A stretch of DNA of 63,127 nucleotides, counting the filler, from Basidioascus undulatus (Eukaryota), in assembly GCA_000826855.1 (NCBI GenBank). It is 5 parts of 5 records of this genome, joined end to end, with 100 filler letters (N's around TTAATTAATTAA, not from the genome) between each part and the next. Parts side by side here need not be neighbours in the genome. Positions count along the whole stretch, not along the records: positions 37,954 to 50,494 come from JTLS01000896.1; 4 more parts are not named here. The stretch is one strand, 5' to 3'. Both the position numbers and the translations under genes were made by a program. Shown here one piece after another: positions 37,854 to 50,594 of this stretch. Within the stretch, counting starts at the first letter, position 1. Each line of letters opens with the position of its first letter. The notes under the pieces were generated by a model, which saw nothing but the letters and a program-made list of their open reading frames with translations, ran no database searches and had not been told where the DNA came from.

Positions 37854-37953
37854 NNNNNNNNNNNNNNNNNNNNNNNNNNNNNNNNNNNNNNNNNNNNTTA
37901 ATTAATTAANNNNNNNNNNNNNNNNNNNNNNNNNNNNNNNNNNNNNNNNNNNN
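37854..37953. other. artificial contig linker
   Basis: N44-TTAATTAATTAA-N44. Confidence 0.99.
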
Positions 37954-38356
37954 GCCTCGCAACGGCCCTGAACGCGTCCTCCAGCTCCGAGCCCGCCGCC
38001 GTCCTCCCCCGCTTGCCTTCCCTCCTCGCCAGCTGGCGCTGGCCTTCTGTCCCCCTTGCTTGTACCTTTGCGATCCGCATTTCTTCAAACCGTACCAAGT
38101 TCCTTGTCAAAACGGGATCAGACTCCCTCCCGAGGCAGCCCGGCGTACGTGGCGCGGCGCGTGAGGCCGGTGGAGGAAACCCAAAGAGTTGGCGTGTTTC
38201 ATGACGGCGCGCTAGTCTTTAATAGTCGGTCCACTTTCGAAGTGGTGCCCAGGTCTGCAGCTCCGGCATGCATGTTGTATTCCTACAGCCATCTCTCTCT
38301 TGTTCATCTGTGTTCCGGCACGAGGAGCCCAGTTGAGGTGAAGCGAGAGACACGAA

Positions 38357-39867
38357 ATGCCGAGGTTCAACGTTACGCTGCAGGGGGACTCGCCGATGCT
38401 TAATGTGCGTCACTGCTCGGAGTTGCAGGAAGGGCGCGGAGGAGAGGTAGCTGATGGTGGGAGGGGAGACAGTATTGGGGCGGCTGGGAGGCGGTTGAGG
38501 GGCGGCGGAGGGTGAAGGCGCAGGGGAGGGAAGGCGCGGGCGTGAGGGTCGGGTTCGAAGGTCCGTCCATCTGTTGACCCTCTCTGCTTGCTTGCTGTGT
38601 TGATCTGGGATGGAGGGCGGACAGGCACGGGCGTGTGGGTCTTCGGCTCTTCCCGAGCTCCGCTGGAGGTTACGCTCGACTCGCACCCCGCCGAGCACTA
38701 CCCAGCCGCGGAGGACGAGGAGGCGCTCCTCTTCTCCCACAGCTCCCTCGGCGATGGCTGGCACACCCTCGAGGTAGTAGGGAGGCAGCTCGAGCTGAGC
38801 TGCGTGGTTTGGGAGGCGGAGGGTGGGGAGGGGGCGGACGAGTGGAGGTGCGCTTTGCTTTAGCTTTCTTCTGCTGCGGCGAGGGGGGACTGATCGTGCG
38901 AAGTGGGGGGTAGATTATTGAGGAACGAGACGGTACAGCTGGCGGAGGCGGAGATTTGGGAGGGCGAGTGGGACGAGGGAGAGGGGGGTAAGAGGTAAGG
39001 GTGCGATGGAGGCGAGGCTGCAGGGGGGGCCTGGAGTTGAAGGTGCAGGGTGGAATGCAGGACGTCCAGGTCGGCAAGAAGCAGCGCGACGTTCCGGTTT
39101 TCTGGCTCAGCGGTGTACCTCGAAGGGTCGCTGGGTGCGTGCGGTATTCGCTTCGCCTCACGATAAAGCTGACTCTCTTTTGGAGGGGATGAAAGGAGAC
39201 GGCGGGTCATACGAGATCTCGTTGGACGACGGCGCCCCGCGCAAGTTCTCGAGCGCCCGACAGACAGGCAGTCGGTGCGTCTCGATTGCTTGGCGAGCTC
39301 TGGAGGGCTACATCCAGCTGACTATGCCGTTACAGAACACTACTGTTCTTTACATCCTCACTCGACACATCCTACCCACACATACTCTCCATGCGCTCAC
39401 TCTCCGCCTCCCCGCTGACGCTCTCCCACTTCACCACTATCTCCCTGCCCTCACTGCTCCTTCTCCCGTGCGTTCTCAAACGCCCCCTCTCTTTCCCCTA
39501 CCAAAGATGGCTGACGCCCGCTCCCTCTCCCAGGCGCGCCGAGAACCTCTCCCCTCCCGTCCCGAACGCGCCCGAGCCCGTGCTCCCCGAGCCGCCCTCG
39601 AGCCACGACGACGGCGGCGCGTCCTTCCCTGCCGTCCCGTCCCTGCTCGACCCATCAGACGCGTTCTGCGTCGCGCTCACGCACAACCCGCCTGTGCCCG
39701 TCCCGCCCATCTACGCGGACTGCATCCCCCTGCCCAGCAGCGCGCAGGCCGCGGGCAGCGCGCTGTTTGGCGCGGGCGCGTGCGTCGGCGTTGCCGGGCT
39801 TGTGGGGTGGCTCGTATGGAGGGGTAGTAGAAGGTTGGGGAGGAGGCAGGCTGGCGGATGGGCGTGA
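38357..39867 (+). CDS. single-pass membrane protein with two repeated beta-rich (galactose-binding-like) modules
   Basis: Spliced MPRFNVTLQGDSPMLNYWGGW..VRVGFEGTGVWVFG..VTLD..LLFSHSSLGDGWHTLEV. Second unit ATFRFSGSAVYLEGSLG..YEISLD..VLY..HALTL. Pro-rich stalk, then C-terminal hydrophobic segment followed by RGSRR. Confidence 0.65.
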
Positions 39868-40111
39868 GGCCGACGTCAGGCTTGGTTTTTGGGATCGTTC
39901 CTGCTTACGTATAGTGGAATGATTTTTTCATCGCAGATATCCTTTCCGTCTGTCCTCGCTTGTCGAGGGTGCTCTGCGGACCATGGCTGCATAATCTTAG
40001 AGTGCTCGTTGCGGCTCGTTGGGGACCATCTGAAGGCGATAATGAAGCTCCTCTGGAGGAATGAAATAAAAACAAAAAGGAGTCAGGTTAGACCAGGAAG
40101 GGTCTAAAGAC

Positions 40112-40183
40112 TTCCCCGTCCGGGAATCGAACCCGGGGCTGGGCGGTGAGAACACCCGATGTTAGCCACTACACCAACGAGGA
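40112..40183 (-). tRNA. tRNA-Glu(CTC), intronless
   Basis: TCCTCGT/ACGGGGA acceptor stem, anticodon arm GGGTG-TTCTCAC-CGCCC, T arm CCGGG-TTCGATT-CCCGG; 72 nt. Confidence 0.95.
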
Positions 40184-40373
40184 CATGTTAGCTATGTCGC
40201 ATTTGGAATTCCTTGATGGTCTTGGTCCGAACCAACCTCACCCGTAACAGCTGACGCACCTCCGAGCCTCAACCCAACCTCCTCGACGCGTACCTTCGGA
40301 CCTCATTCTGCTCGCGAACTCCTATACGCTCCCCTCTCTATAACCTCCGTTTACTCTTTGATCTCACATCACC

Positions 40374-41656
40374 ATGTCTGCACCCGGTGGTGTGTCTTTC
40401 TGGCCGGGAATCCTAGGCGTACAGGCATGAGCCGGGAAGCTAACGTCATCTTGCTTGGGCGTGCAGGCGGCGGCGCGTACAGGTGCGCGACGCACCCTGA
40501 GGAGCAGGAGAAGGAGATCGCGGATACTGACATAGACATATGGATCTGGCGCTATTCAGCTTCTCTCTCACGACCTTCAGCCCCTCCGGCAAGCTCGTTC
40601 AGATCGAGCATGCTCTGGCAGCCGTTGCGCAGGGGACGACTAGCTTGGGGATCAAGGGTGTGTCCTCTCCCTTCAGCTGCTGAGGCCCCTGCATGCTCAT
40701 CAGACAACCGCCTCACAGCGACCAACGGCGTGGTGATCGCGACGGAGAAGAAGACGCCCTCGCCGCTGGTGGACGACAGCATGCTCGAGAAGGTCGCAAT
40801 GGTCTGCCCGAACATCGGCATCGTTTACTCGGGCATGGGCCCCGACTTCCGCGTGCTCGTTACGAGCGCGCGCAAGAGCGCGCAGGCGTACTGGAAGATC
40901 TACAACGAGTACCCGCCGACGCGGATCATGGTGCAGGAGATTGCGAGCGTCATGCAGGATGCGACGCAGAAGGGGTGAGTTGCTCTCTCATCAGACTGGG
41001 GCTTGCTTGCTGTGGAGTGGAGGTGGGCGAGAGTGCGCTGTACTAGCGGTGCGCTGCGGAGAGTTGAGCTGGACGCGCTGTACTGGGCGAGAATGCTGGA
41101 GTTTTGCGGATCGCGGACCGGGTTCTGTTGTTCGATCTCCCCTTGAACACCCATCGCTGACTCCCTACATTCCTTTGCACTTCCCAGTGGTGTTCGGCCG
41201 TTCGGTGTTTCTCTGCTGGTCGCGGGGTGGGACAAGACGCGAGGCGTGACGCTGTACCAGGTCGACCCGTCCGGTTCCTACTGGGCGTGGAAAGCCTCGG
41301 CGATGGGCAAGAACATGGTCAACGCCAAGACCTTCCTGGAAAAGCGGTTCGTCTCTCATCCGTCTTCTGGCCTTCCATCTCTCCGCTCAACCACCCCACA
41401 TCCGAACTCCGCCAGGTACAACGACGACATCTCCCTGGAAGACGCGATCCACACCGCGCTCCTCACGCTCAAGGAGGGCTTCGAGGGCCAGATGACGGAG
41501 AAGACGGTCGAGATCGGTGTCGTGCAGATCCCGCCTGAGTGGGACCCGAACGCCGTCCACGAGGAGGAGGTCGGCGGGAAGTTCGGGCTCATCAAGGGCC
41601 AGCCGGTGTTCAGGAAGCTGAGCGAGGAGGAGGTCCGGGATCACCTCAATCTGTGA
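40374..41656 (+). CDS. PRE8: 20S proteasome subunit alpha-2
   Basis: [102 protein letters not shown]. Confidence 0.96.
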
Positions 41657-42193
41657 TTGTGGATCCGGGAGGGGAGGGGAGTAGAGGGTTGCGGCGCTGA
41701 AGCTGATATGAAGACACATTGACACGATGGCCGGGTGTGCGGCTGTGGGGAGGTGCCGCTTGGCAGGCGCCGGTCTTCGGGTCCTGCATACTCCTCCATT
41801 TTGCGGCACTCGGTTTCTTCCATCCGTCGGCGCCGCTAGTGCTCTGCAGCAGCTAACCTTGGATGGATCGATTCTACTGCGTGGCGGCCTGTCGACTTCG
41901 GGCCCGAAGGCACTTGGCGAACCGAAGGCACTTGGCGAACAAGCGGCTGGTGCGGCCGAGCTCAATGTTGTACTTGACGCTTGCATCCATCTGCAACTTC
42001 ACGCCCGCTCTGGCGCAGTATAATCTAGTGCCCACTAGCCGTTGCCTCGGCCTGCTGTCGTCAAACGGCCTCCGACAGTCATGAAGACAGCAACTGGTCT
42101 GTATCACTTGGAGTGCAGCGCTGCCTCAATCACTCGTAAACCTTCCCCCAAAGAAAATCAGCACGTGTCACGACACAATTTGACCGTCCGGGC

Positions 42194-42830
42194 TCAGTAG
42201 CCGTGACCCTTCACCAGTTCCTCGTACGTCCCATTGCCCGTGCTCTTGTCCCACAACTCGAGCGGCCACTTCTCGTCGAACGGCGGGGTGAGCTTCTCCC
42301 AGAGGTGGTCAAGCACCTGGCCGTGCTCCAGGGCATGCTCTTCGTTGCGCAGCCAAGGCCGAAGCAGGTCACTGACGTTCTCCTCGCTGTCCTCACTCTC
42401 CGTGCGGGCGTGAAACGTCCTGGCTGACCAAGTGTATGTCAGCTTGATGGATTGACTTCAAGTTCAACAAGTCCAGGAAAGTATGTCAAGTTGTTCGCGT
42501 ACTCCAAGTCACCTGGCTGCAGCGCCAAGTCGAGAGAGTGTTTCTCCGCTGCGAAGTGGATCGTGTCGAGCGCGACGTGCTGCGCCGGCGTGAGGGGTGG
42601 AACACCCGGGGCATGCTCGGTCGACTCGTAGAAGGAGAAGAAGGGGCGACGACCGTATTGCGCGACGATGCAGTTGTGACGTGGAAGGACGTGAGGTGCG
42701 CGAGGGAGGTCGGGGAAGCGCGCACGGGAGAGTAGGGAGAGGACTTCGGAGAAATCGGTCTCCATTGGAAACCTGAGCGAGGTGATAATGGAGGACGAGC
42801 GCGCGAGGACATCTCAGAACGCGCTGTCGA
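42194..42830 (-). pseudogene. TauD/clavaminate-synthase-like dioxygenase 3' remnant
   Basis: QYGRRPF..PPLTPAQHVALDTIHFAAEKHSLDLALQPGDLEYANNLT-TFHART..LLRPWLRN. An intron donor reads AT instead of GT (42484). The N-terminal HxD half is not found. Confidence 0.75.
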
Positions 42831-43504
42831 GGCCTGTGGTTCATTGGAGAGGATAAAGAAAGAAGGTCAGTCGAGCATCGAACGGCATCTGAAACTGGCA
42901 TTGAGCTTCATATTGCTCAACAAAATAGGACATCAGACATGAGTCGCTGATGAACAAAGGCGGACTAGCTAGCCCTAACAGAAAAACGGTCCTCCATCGC
43001 AGCACCCCAGGCCTCAACACGTGAAGTCCTGCTGCAACAACCTGAGGGGTTCAGGAAGATTATATCCACCGAGCGTGTGCAAAGGTCAAGGGACATAACA
43101 CATAGACAATAACATCTTCCCCTTACCTGGCGATCGTCGGAAATCGTCGGAAACGAATAAAGCGGCCTACCCCGCTGAAAGTGAGTGCATTCCCTGCGCT
43201 CTCTGTTAGCTCAGACCATCTCGAGAACGACTGTGGCTGCTTCTGTCGGCCATGAGTACGTTTCTGATTGCTCACAGACGGACAAGAGCATGCAGTCTTT
43301 ATGCAACGGGAACCTCTCCAGCCTGTTTCCAACCTCCACCTCACCCAAAGATCGGCGACGCCGAGAAACCTCCGCTCCCTCCCAAAGTGACCTCATCTCT
43401 AGTCTCTCTTGGTCTTCCCGCTTGGACTCCTGCTACGTTGTTACCCCAGCTCTTCTGAACAGACATAACACCCCTTTCCACCCACACTTCCTCAACAGTT
43501 CACC

Positions 43505-44917
43505 ATGTCCACTCCGTACCCCCCGCGTGGTTTCGCCCCCGTGCCTCGCGACCCATCCGAGCTCAAGCCCGTGAACGGCACCTCCCCCCCAGCCCTTACT
43601 CTCGCCGACATCCCCAAGCCCGACACGCCCCTCGTCCGCGCAGCGCTGGAGTTCGTTACCCAAGAGCTTCCCCCTGAGATCCTGAACCACTCGCAACGCG
43701 CCTACTGCATCGGTTCGTTCGCGTCCGCAGCTCCCGGGGGCGAGGAGAGAGGGTGGAGGGACTAAGGACGGACGACGAACGCGATGTGAAGGATACGCTC
43801 TCGTCAAGTCACAGTTCCCTGATTGGGAGGCAAACTTCGACCCGGAGGCGTTCTATCTCACTACTCGTGCGTCTTCGTCATTCCGAAAATGGAGCTGTGC
43901 TGACAGTGAGGTGCAGTCTTCCACGACATCGGATGCACGCCGAAGAACCTCACTGCGTTGGTGGTTTCCCTTGCAATACAACGCTTGTGCAGAATCTGAC
44001 AATAATTCCAGTACTTACCTCTCGTTCGAGGTACGTTTGGTTTCTGCAACTCTGAATCCTACGCACTGACATATCGACGCAGTACTTTGGTGCCATCATC
44101 TCTAGAGATTGGCTTCTGAAGGCAAAGGCGAAGCAGTCGCTTGTAGACAACGGTGCGCAGTTTGCCATCGGAACCTCGCTTGAAAGTGTACCTGATCATC
44201 CTTGCTGCTCAGTGGCTGAGGCAATCTTCCGGTGCGCAAGGGTCTTCTGAGAGAGCCTGTACACGACTTGTTGATGTGCTTTCAATTGCTTCACGCAGTC
44301 ACACGAGTATGCATGTCCTACCTTGGTTCTGGTTGCCCGCCCTGACTTGTTTCATTGTAGACTTCGTCGGCGGTCGTATCACTACCCACGGCCAGGTTAT
44401 TCAGCTTGCCACGAAGCTCGGTGCGTGGCTTTCCAAATGAGTGAAATGTCCATACTAACGAGAAAACGACATCCAGACATTCTGGGCTGGCATTCCGAGT
44501 GGATCAATCCGAAGACCTACCAGGCTATCGTTGAGGCGCACCCTCGGTCCGTCTCTCCGTCACCAGTTTTCGGTCCCCGTCGTGGCTAGCCGAACTGATA
44601 AGAAGCGAGACCTGTAGCCTCGGCTGGTCAGGGTGCTTCGGCCATGTCATGGACAAGGAGATCGAGGTCAAGCCTTGGAGGTTCGTTATTTGTTTTATTT
44701 CCCTCACGTCGCGCAGTCTTACCCGGTACTTCCTCTGACGGCGTCTCGGCATGTCTGCTACAGCCACACCACTACCTTCGAAGGCGAGGGGTACGCCGAC
44801 AACATCCGCAAGAACCCGTTCGCCAAGCCGCTGGAAGAGAAGGAGAAGGCGCACCTCAAGCCTACGTGGAACGAACGCCCTGATTTCAAGATCGCGGACA
44901 TGATCCAAACCGACTGA
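43505..44917 (+). CDS. cyanamide hydratase-like HD-domain protein (Ddi2/Ddi3/CAH family)
   Basis: GFAPVPRD, LPPEILNHSQRAY, LFHDIGCTPKNL, LSFEYFGA, VAEAIFRH, GQVIQLATKLD, HPRLGWSGCF, KPWSHTT. The spliced frame is continuous. Confidence 0.9.
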
Positions 44918-45475
44918 CCGGGACGAGGGACGACTGCTGGACACGGCACATGAACGAGATCCGAAACGCACAACTACCTGAGCCTGTCATGTTCCTCTGC
45001 TTACCACTGCTCTCGTGCTCTACGCCGTAAGGACTGCCGTGCGAGCCGCGGTGTCTGCCGTCGAGCGGGGAAATGTAGTGTTGGACGTTGCGTCCACAGC
45101 TCAAACCAAACTAGCGTCATGCCAGTAGTATTAGTTTGTATAATGGTTTAGCAGGGCCCCAAGATGGCAACAATATTCCTGGCCCTGCTTCTTTCCGACA
45201 CATATAATGAGGAACACGGCTGGGCCTTTCTGGTGAGCTTCAGCTGGCAACAAGCAACGCAAGGAGTCTTTTGTGAGCCCTTCTTTTGCCTTTCCCAGTG
45301 ATATTGTTTAGAGAGCATTCAGTTTTGAAATATTTTAAGCCAGCCGACAGTAGAACTACGGCGGAGGTAGGTACGAAGGGCGGCCAATTGCGGCGCACGT
45401 CAGCGCTTCGGGCCTTGTCTCCTACTCTTATCTTCGTTCTCTGTCACTCTGACCCCTCTCACAAACCCAACTACC

Positions 45476-46503
45476 ATGCCCTCTTCGACCTTCACCTCAC
45501 TGCCATGGTCCTGACCCTTATACTCGATGAGATCCCTTCGATCGAAACGTGCACCGCCCTCTCGCAAACATGCACCAAGCTGAGAAGCATTTGCAACGAG
45601 GCGTTCCTGTCCCGCCGCCTCCATCGTCTCGGACTCGGCGCACCAATCGCGTCCGGGGACGATATCGACGTATGCAAGGGCGTGCGCGCTGCGGTGGCGA
45701 GACTTGGTCGGACCAAATGCGGGGGTGTTCTTGCGTGCCAGTTCTGTAGCCACGAAGGTCACGTACGTCCTCGGCCGTCTCTACAGTGCTAACACACCCT
45801 TTTGAAAGTGTACAAAAAGTAGAGCATTCCAATCGCTCTGCCCCGCTGCTTCCCGCCCCTCGCGTGGCGGGAGAGAACCCCTCGCTCGACCTGCACCGCA
45901 TCCTCCGCGACGAGATCTGGGTTCCGTTCGACCGCGCCCCGATAAAGCTGCAGTGCTCCCTCGCCTACCAGTGCGACTCCTGCGGCGGGTATCACGACAA
46001 CGCAGCGTTCCTCTACGAGTCCCCGCGGACGAGCCTCCTCGACCATCTTCCGCTCGCTATGGCCTTCGCGACCGCCCCGCCGGTGACGAAACTCGAGATC
46101 CAGGTCATGTCTGAGCGGATAGGCGTAAGATGGACATGGTCTCTGCGGAACGCGACGGGTGTGACGGTGCTGGATCTGTGTAAAGCCGCTCAATCCATGT
46201 ACGCGCGCTCCGTTGCGGGTCCTTGACGCATCCGTAGTGATTGCGGCTGATATCGCCACCCTTCTCAGGCTCAAGGTCCCGCTCACTTCCGAGGAACTTT
46301 TTAAGCTGGAAGATTCGCTCGCTTGGGCCGGTCTCCCTTCGCGCACTCGGCGGTCGTACGTCTTCGAGGAAGGGTGAGTCCGTCGTAGTGTGTTGTCACG
46401 GAACCGCCGCACCGACTGAACTTTACCCGCCTGCAGGTGTGGGATCGGGTTCAACATCACCACTCGGGGATCGGGGGCGGAGATGCGCTGGACTTCGTGT
46501 TGA
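45476..46503 (+). pseudogene. F-box-like + DUF6699-like protein with a frameshift inside the F-box motif
   Basis: MPSSTFTSLP switches frame to VLTLILDEIP..ALSQTCTKLRSIC. Later FATAPPVTKLEI..W..RNATGVTVLDLCKA resembles basidiomycete DUF6699. It could still be expressed from the downstream ATG. Confidence 0.5.
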
Positions 46504-47420
46504 TGAGGTGCATGGATGAGTTCCTCGGTAGCGTTGGGCTGCCTTCTGAATGCATCGCATGCGAGATTGGAAGTTTACCACGGCGGCCACCTGCAGGCCA
46601 GCAGGGTTGGGCTTCGCCTTAGCTTGAATGACATAGAAGAAAGTGCAATGTTGCTGGGTACCCCACGTAAGCTGCTCACTGCACAGTCTGGCCCGAGACG
46701 GTTCACAGCATCTTTCCGAACTCATGTGAAACCGCCGAGGAATTCCAGTTCGAATCCGGCGAGCTTGCACCGCTGGATGTGCAAGTCGTCTTTCTACTAC
46801 TCGCCCGATGACGGTTAGGATGCTCTCATGACCATGCAAGTCAGAGTGGGGCTCGCCGCTTCAGCAGGTCGGGCGAATGGCCCAAGTTCAACACGAGACG
46901 GTAGTTAAAGGAAAAGCGCCTCCGATGGCCGCCGTGCGAATGCATGGAGCTGAGGTTTGACTTCCTCATCGAGCCTGAGCAAGCCGGGCGGCCCACAATC
47001 GCACTCTCCTCGCGTGCTTGGTCGCTTTTCTCCATGATATGATATCGACGGGCACGCTATCTGCGGTCAGGTTCGGGGAGGGATTCAGCGTGGATTGTGA
47101 GGGACTGTCGACCAGAGCGGAGGGGTCGCGCGAACGATCCGCCCGAAAAGAACACCCCGTCTCTGCAGAAGAACGTCTTTTCAGTCGCATTACAATCGAG
47201 TCAACGATTCAGCGGGGGTGATTGGTTTGAGCGACGGTGAGTGCGAGCAATGGCTGTCGCCCCGATCGGAGAGAAGGTTCGATCGAGGTGGACGGCGGGC
47301 GTTAGCAAATCCAGGCGTGTTCCGTTGATCTCCCACCAAAACGTAGTAGTGTTCGGTTTTCGGCGTTTTATTTTCCTCCTCCTCGCCTCTTCCATCCCCT
47401 CTACGACCTGCGTCCGACAT

Positions 47421-48152
47421 CTACCGCCCCTGCCCAGACATCATGTCTGCCCAAGCCGCGCCAGTCGCTCGGTCAGCCTCGGACGGACAGGAAGTGAATG
47501 AGGAGACAGTGACGCACCCGCATTGTGCTCCGCGAACCGCGCCCCAACCCGCTCGCTGTGCTTCAGGAACTTTTCTGTGCAGTTCTCGACGCAGGTGTTC
47601 TGTCGGAGAGAAATAAGTAAGGGAGAGGTCAGCTGTCGAGGCGGGGCGGGACGGTGACTGAGGGAAGGGAAGAGGAAGCGGATAATAGAAGGGGAGGGGA
47701 GGGTGTAGGAGAGACAAGTCGGGAAGGAGAGGTGTGTGGTGTATAGAGGAAGAGACCGACCTCCTTGGGCGTCAGCGTCCGGGAGGTAAAGTCGGTTGCG
47801 CACGAGGCGAAGCACCGCTCGACGAGGGAGGAGTAGAGGCGCATGAAGTCTTGCATCTGCAATCAGAAGCCTCTCAGCGCCGAATGATTGTATCAATGAA
47901 GGAAGGACGGACCTGTTTCTTCTCGATCACCTTCTGCTCGTCCGTTCGCCGGATTCGCAGCCCTCACATCAGCCTGAATGCGATAACGGCAAAGGTACAG
48001 AGGAAGGAGCGGACCTGGAGGTGTGCCTGCTCGGCGCTGTCATCATGGACCACCCCGCACCCATTCTCCCATTAGCTCGAGTCCCTCTCGTCCGTCTTCC
48101 TTGAGGTGCTTAGCACGCGAGCAACGTACCTGTTGAATTGGGAAAAGTCCAT
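47421..48152 (-). CDS. TIM9: mitochondrial intermembrane-space chaperone Tim9 (6 exons)
   Basis: [63 protein letters not shown]; twin CX3C. Confidence 0.95.
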
Positions 48153-48511
48153 CTGCTCGATCCGCATATTCCTCATTGCATCAGCAGCGTCCCTGCCTTG
48201 CACAGCTCTCCGGAATACGCACGTCGAGTCAGAATATAATGAGAATGCGGGGGCGGTAAGGGTGTGAGTCGAAGGAGAAGACGCTCGGAGGCGAGGGCGA
48301 GGTCTCTGCCGGTGAGTGTGACGCCTCCGTTCCCGCGCCCTTGAACTGTGCCCAACTTTTTGAACGCGCTCGCTCGCACACGTCTTCTCGCTTGACCTCA
48401 TCTCAACCGCTGCTTATCATCCCCCGCCAGCTTAATACTCGGGCATATACTCTTTCCAAATACACACAGCCCGACCTGCACTCTTGAATCGGCCCCGTAG
48501 ACACAGCGATC

Positions 48512-49877
48512 ATGGCCGTCCGTACGTTTGCGGGCGGGCGCGAGCGGCGGACGCTGCTCGCGAGCCAAGGGAGGATACTTGGGAAGTGGTGTTGATGGCG
48601 GCGGGGCGGGCGGAATTGCAGGTTGTCAATTTGAGAACTCGAGCGACATTGGCGTTGTGAGTGTCCCACTCTCAAGCTGTGGTGATGGCGTGCGGACTGG
48701 CGAGCTGACCTTCCCTGCCTCATCAGTTCTCCAAGCTCACCAACTCGTCCGCCGCTCTCTTGCTCTACTACACTCACGTACTCAGCTCACCCTCTGTCTT
48801 CCCTGAACGCGCACAGTTACTGCCTAAGTGCGTTCTCTTCTCTGAGGCGGTTGTGCGTTAGGATCAAGCGCTGACGTGAGCGGTGCGATTCCGCCCACAG
48901 CCGCCGTCGGCGGATCCTCAAACTTTTACTCCACATTCGAGGCCGAGCTGGCGGATGTGATTCCCATTGTGCACACCACTATCGGCGGGACTCGGATCAT
49001 TGGGCGGTTGACTGCAGGTGCGCAGCGCACCACCTCCCCCTTCCGCGCCGCGCCCCGCAATATTGATCACCATCCCCCTCTCGCGAACCAGGGAACCGGC
49101 ACGGTCTTCTCGTGCCCTCCACGACGACAGACCAGGAGCTGCAGCACCTACGGAACGCGTTGCCGGACAGCGTCGCGATCCAGCGCGTGGAGGAGCGGCT
49201 TTCGGCGCTGGGCAACGTCGTCGCGTGCAACGACTACGTCGCGCTCGTGCACCCGGACGTCGACCGCGAGACGGAGGAGATAATTGCCGACGTGCTCAAG
49301 GTCGAGGTCTTTCGCCAGACCGTCGCGGACCACGTCCTCGTCGGCAGCTACTGCGCGCTTAGCAACCAGGGCGGCCTCGTCCACCCCAAGACGAGCATAC
49401 AGGACCAGGACGAGCTGTCCAGCTTGCTGCAGGTTCCGCTGGCGGTGAGTGGAGGTAGTCCCTATCTGGGATGGAGGGATGCGCGGGATGCGCTGGAATC
49501 TTGGGCCGGCTGGCGGCGGACCGACACTGATCGTACCCTGCTTCTCACTTGCAGGCCGGTACCGTCAACCGTGGTTCGGACGTGCTTGGCGCAGGTCTCG
49601 TCGTGAACGACTGGTGTGCCTTCACCGGTCCGTCTCCATTTCTTTCTCCCCCTACCCATTCCACCCCAACCTCCACTCACTCCTTGCCTTCAGGCCTCGA
49701 CACGACCGCGACCGAAGTGTCTGTGATCGAGTCCATCTTTGTTCGTCCCCTCCCCTCCCAGACTGCTATCCCGTTGGCTGACCATGTGTGTGTGCGCGCG
49801 AGCAGAAGCTCCAGGGCCAGGAGCAGACCGCGATCGTGTCCGAATACCGCGACGCGCTCGTCGACCAGTACGCGTAA
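48512..49877 (+). CDS. TIF6: translation initiation factor eIF6
   Basis: [90 protein letters not shown]. Confidence 0.97.
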
Positions 49878-50494
49878 CGCGCGCGGCGAGGGGCGGGAAG
49901 CAACATGCATTGCTGCTTCGGAAACCTTTAAGCGAGATTACAATCTGCGGGACGCCGGTGAAATAGCACGCTGTCTGGATGTCCAGCAGCGTACGTACTC
50001 GCTCGTGCTGGTTTTCTCCATCGCTTATTCCTCTTCAGTCATCCTGAAATCATCGCTCGCTCGATACGCTGGTTGATGTACTGGCGTTGCTTACTCTATC
50101 CTTCCCGATACTTTCGACCCGGACTAACTATTGATTGCCGTGCTGGGCTGCACCCCGGAAAGGTTGCTCAACGGGCATCTCTTCGCGCTCCCCCATTCTC
50201 CCTGTCGCAAGCGCGCTCGACCAAAACGTCCCTCAGCGATCCGAACGTCCTGAAGGAGCATAGCCCTCGCGCATGCTGCATCGTGCGAGTTCAGCCAGAA
50301 TCCTGGGACATTGGCATTCAGCGCAACTGACCTAGCTCTTCCGGCTTCTCTTGTACCACCTTTGAACCATCCCTCCAGGTCAACCCCGGACGCATGCCAG
50401 TTCATAATATGTGGAAGCTCACCAAATGCCCAGCGCCAGGAATGCGAACGTTGCGGCTGTCCGGTGCGCGCAGACAATATCCCTGGGGATGGGG

Positions 50495-50594
50495 NNNNNN
50501 NNNNNNNNNNNNNNNNNNNNNNNNNNNNNNNNNNNNNNTTAATTAATTAANNNNNNNNNNNNNNNNNNNNNNNNNNNNNNNNNNNNNNNNNNNN
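50495..50594. other. artificial contig linker
   Basis: N44-TTAATTAATTAA-N44. Confidence 0.99.

Noticed and set aside
40975..41188. Long introns (PRE8, CDC12 intron 2, TIM9) as snoRNA hosts or hidden exons
   Set aside because: No C/D box pair seen, and the flanking protein sequence is complete without extra exons.
41904..41939. Perfect 18-bp tandem duplication CCGAAGGCACTTGGCGAA x2 (similar short duplication near 9089-9128)
   Set aside because: Two copies only, intergenic; consistent with ordinary replication slippage.
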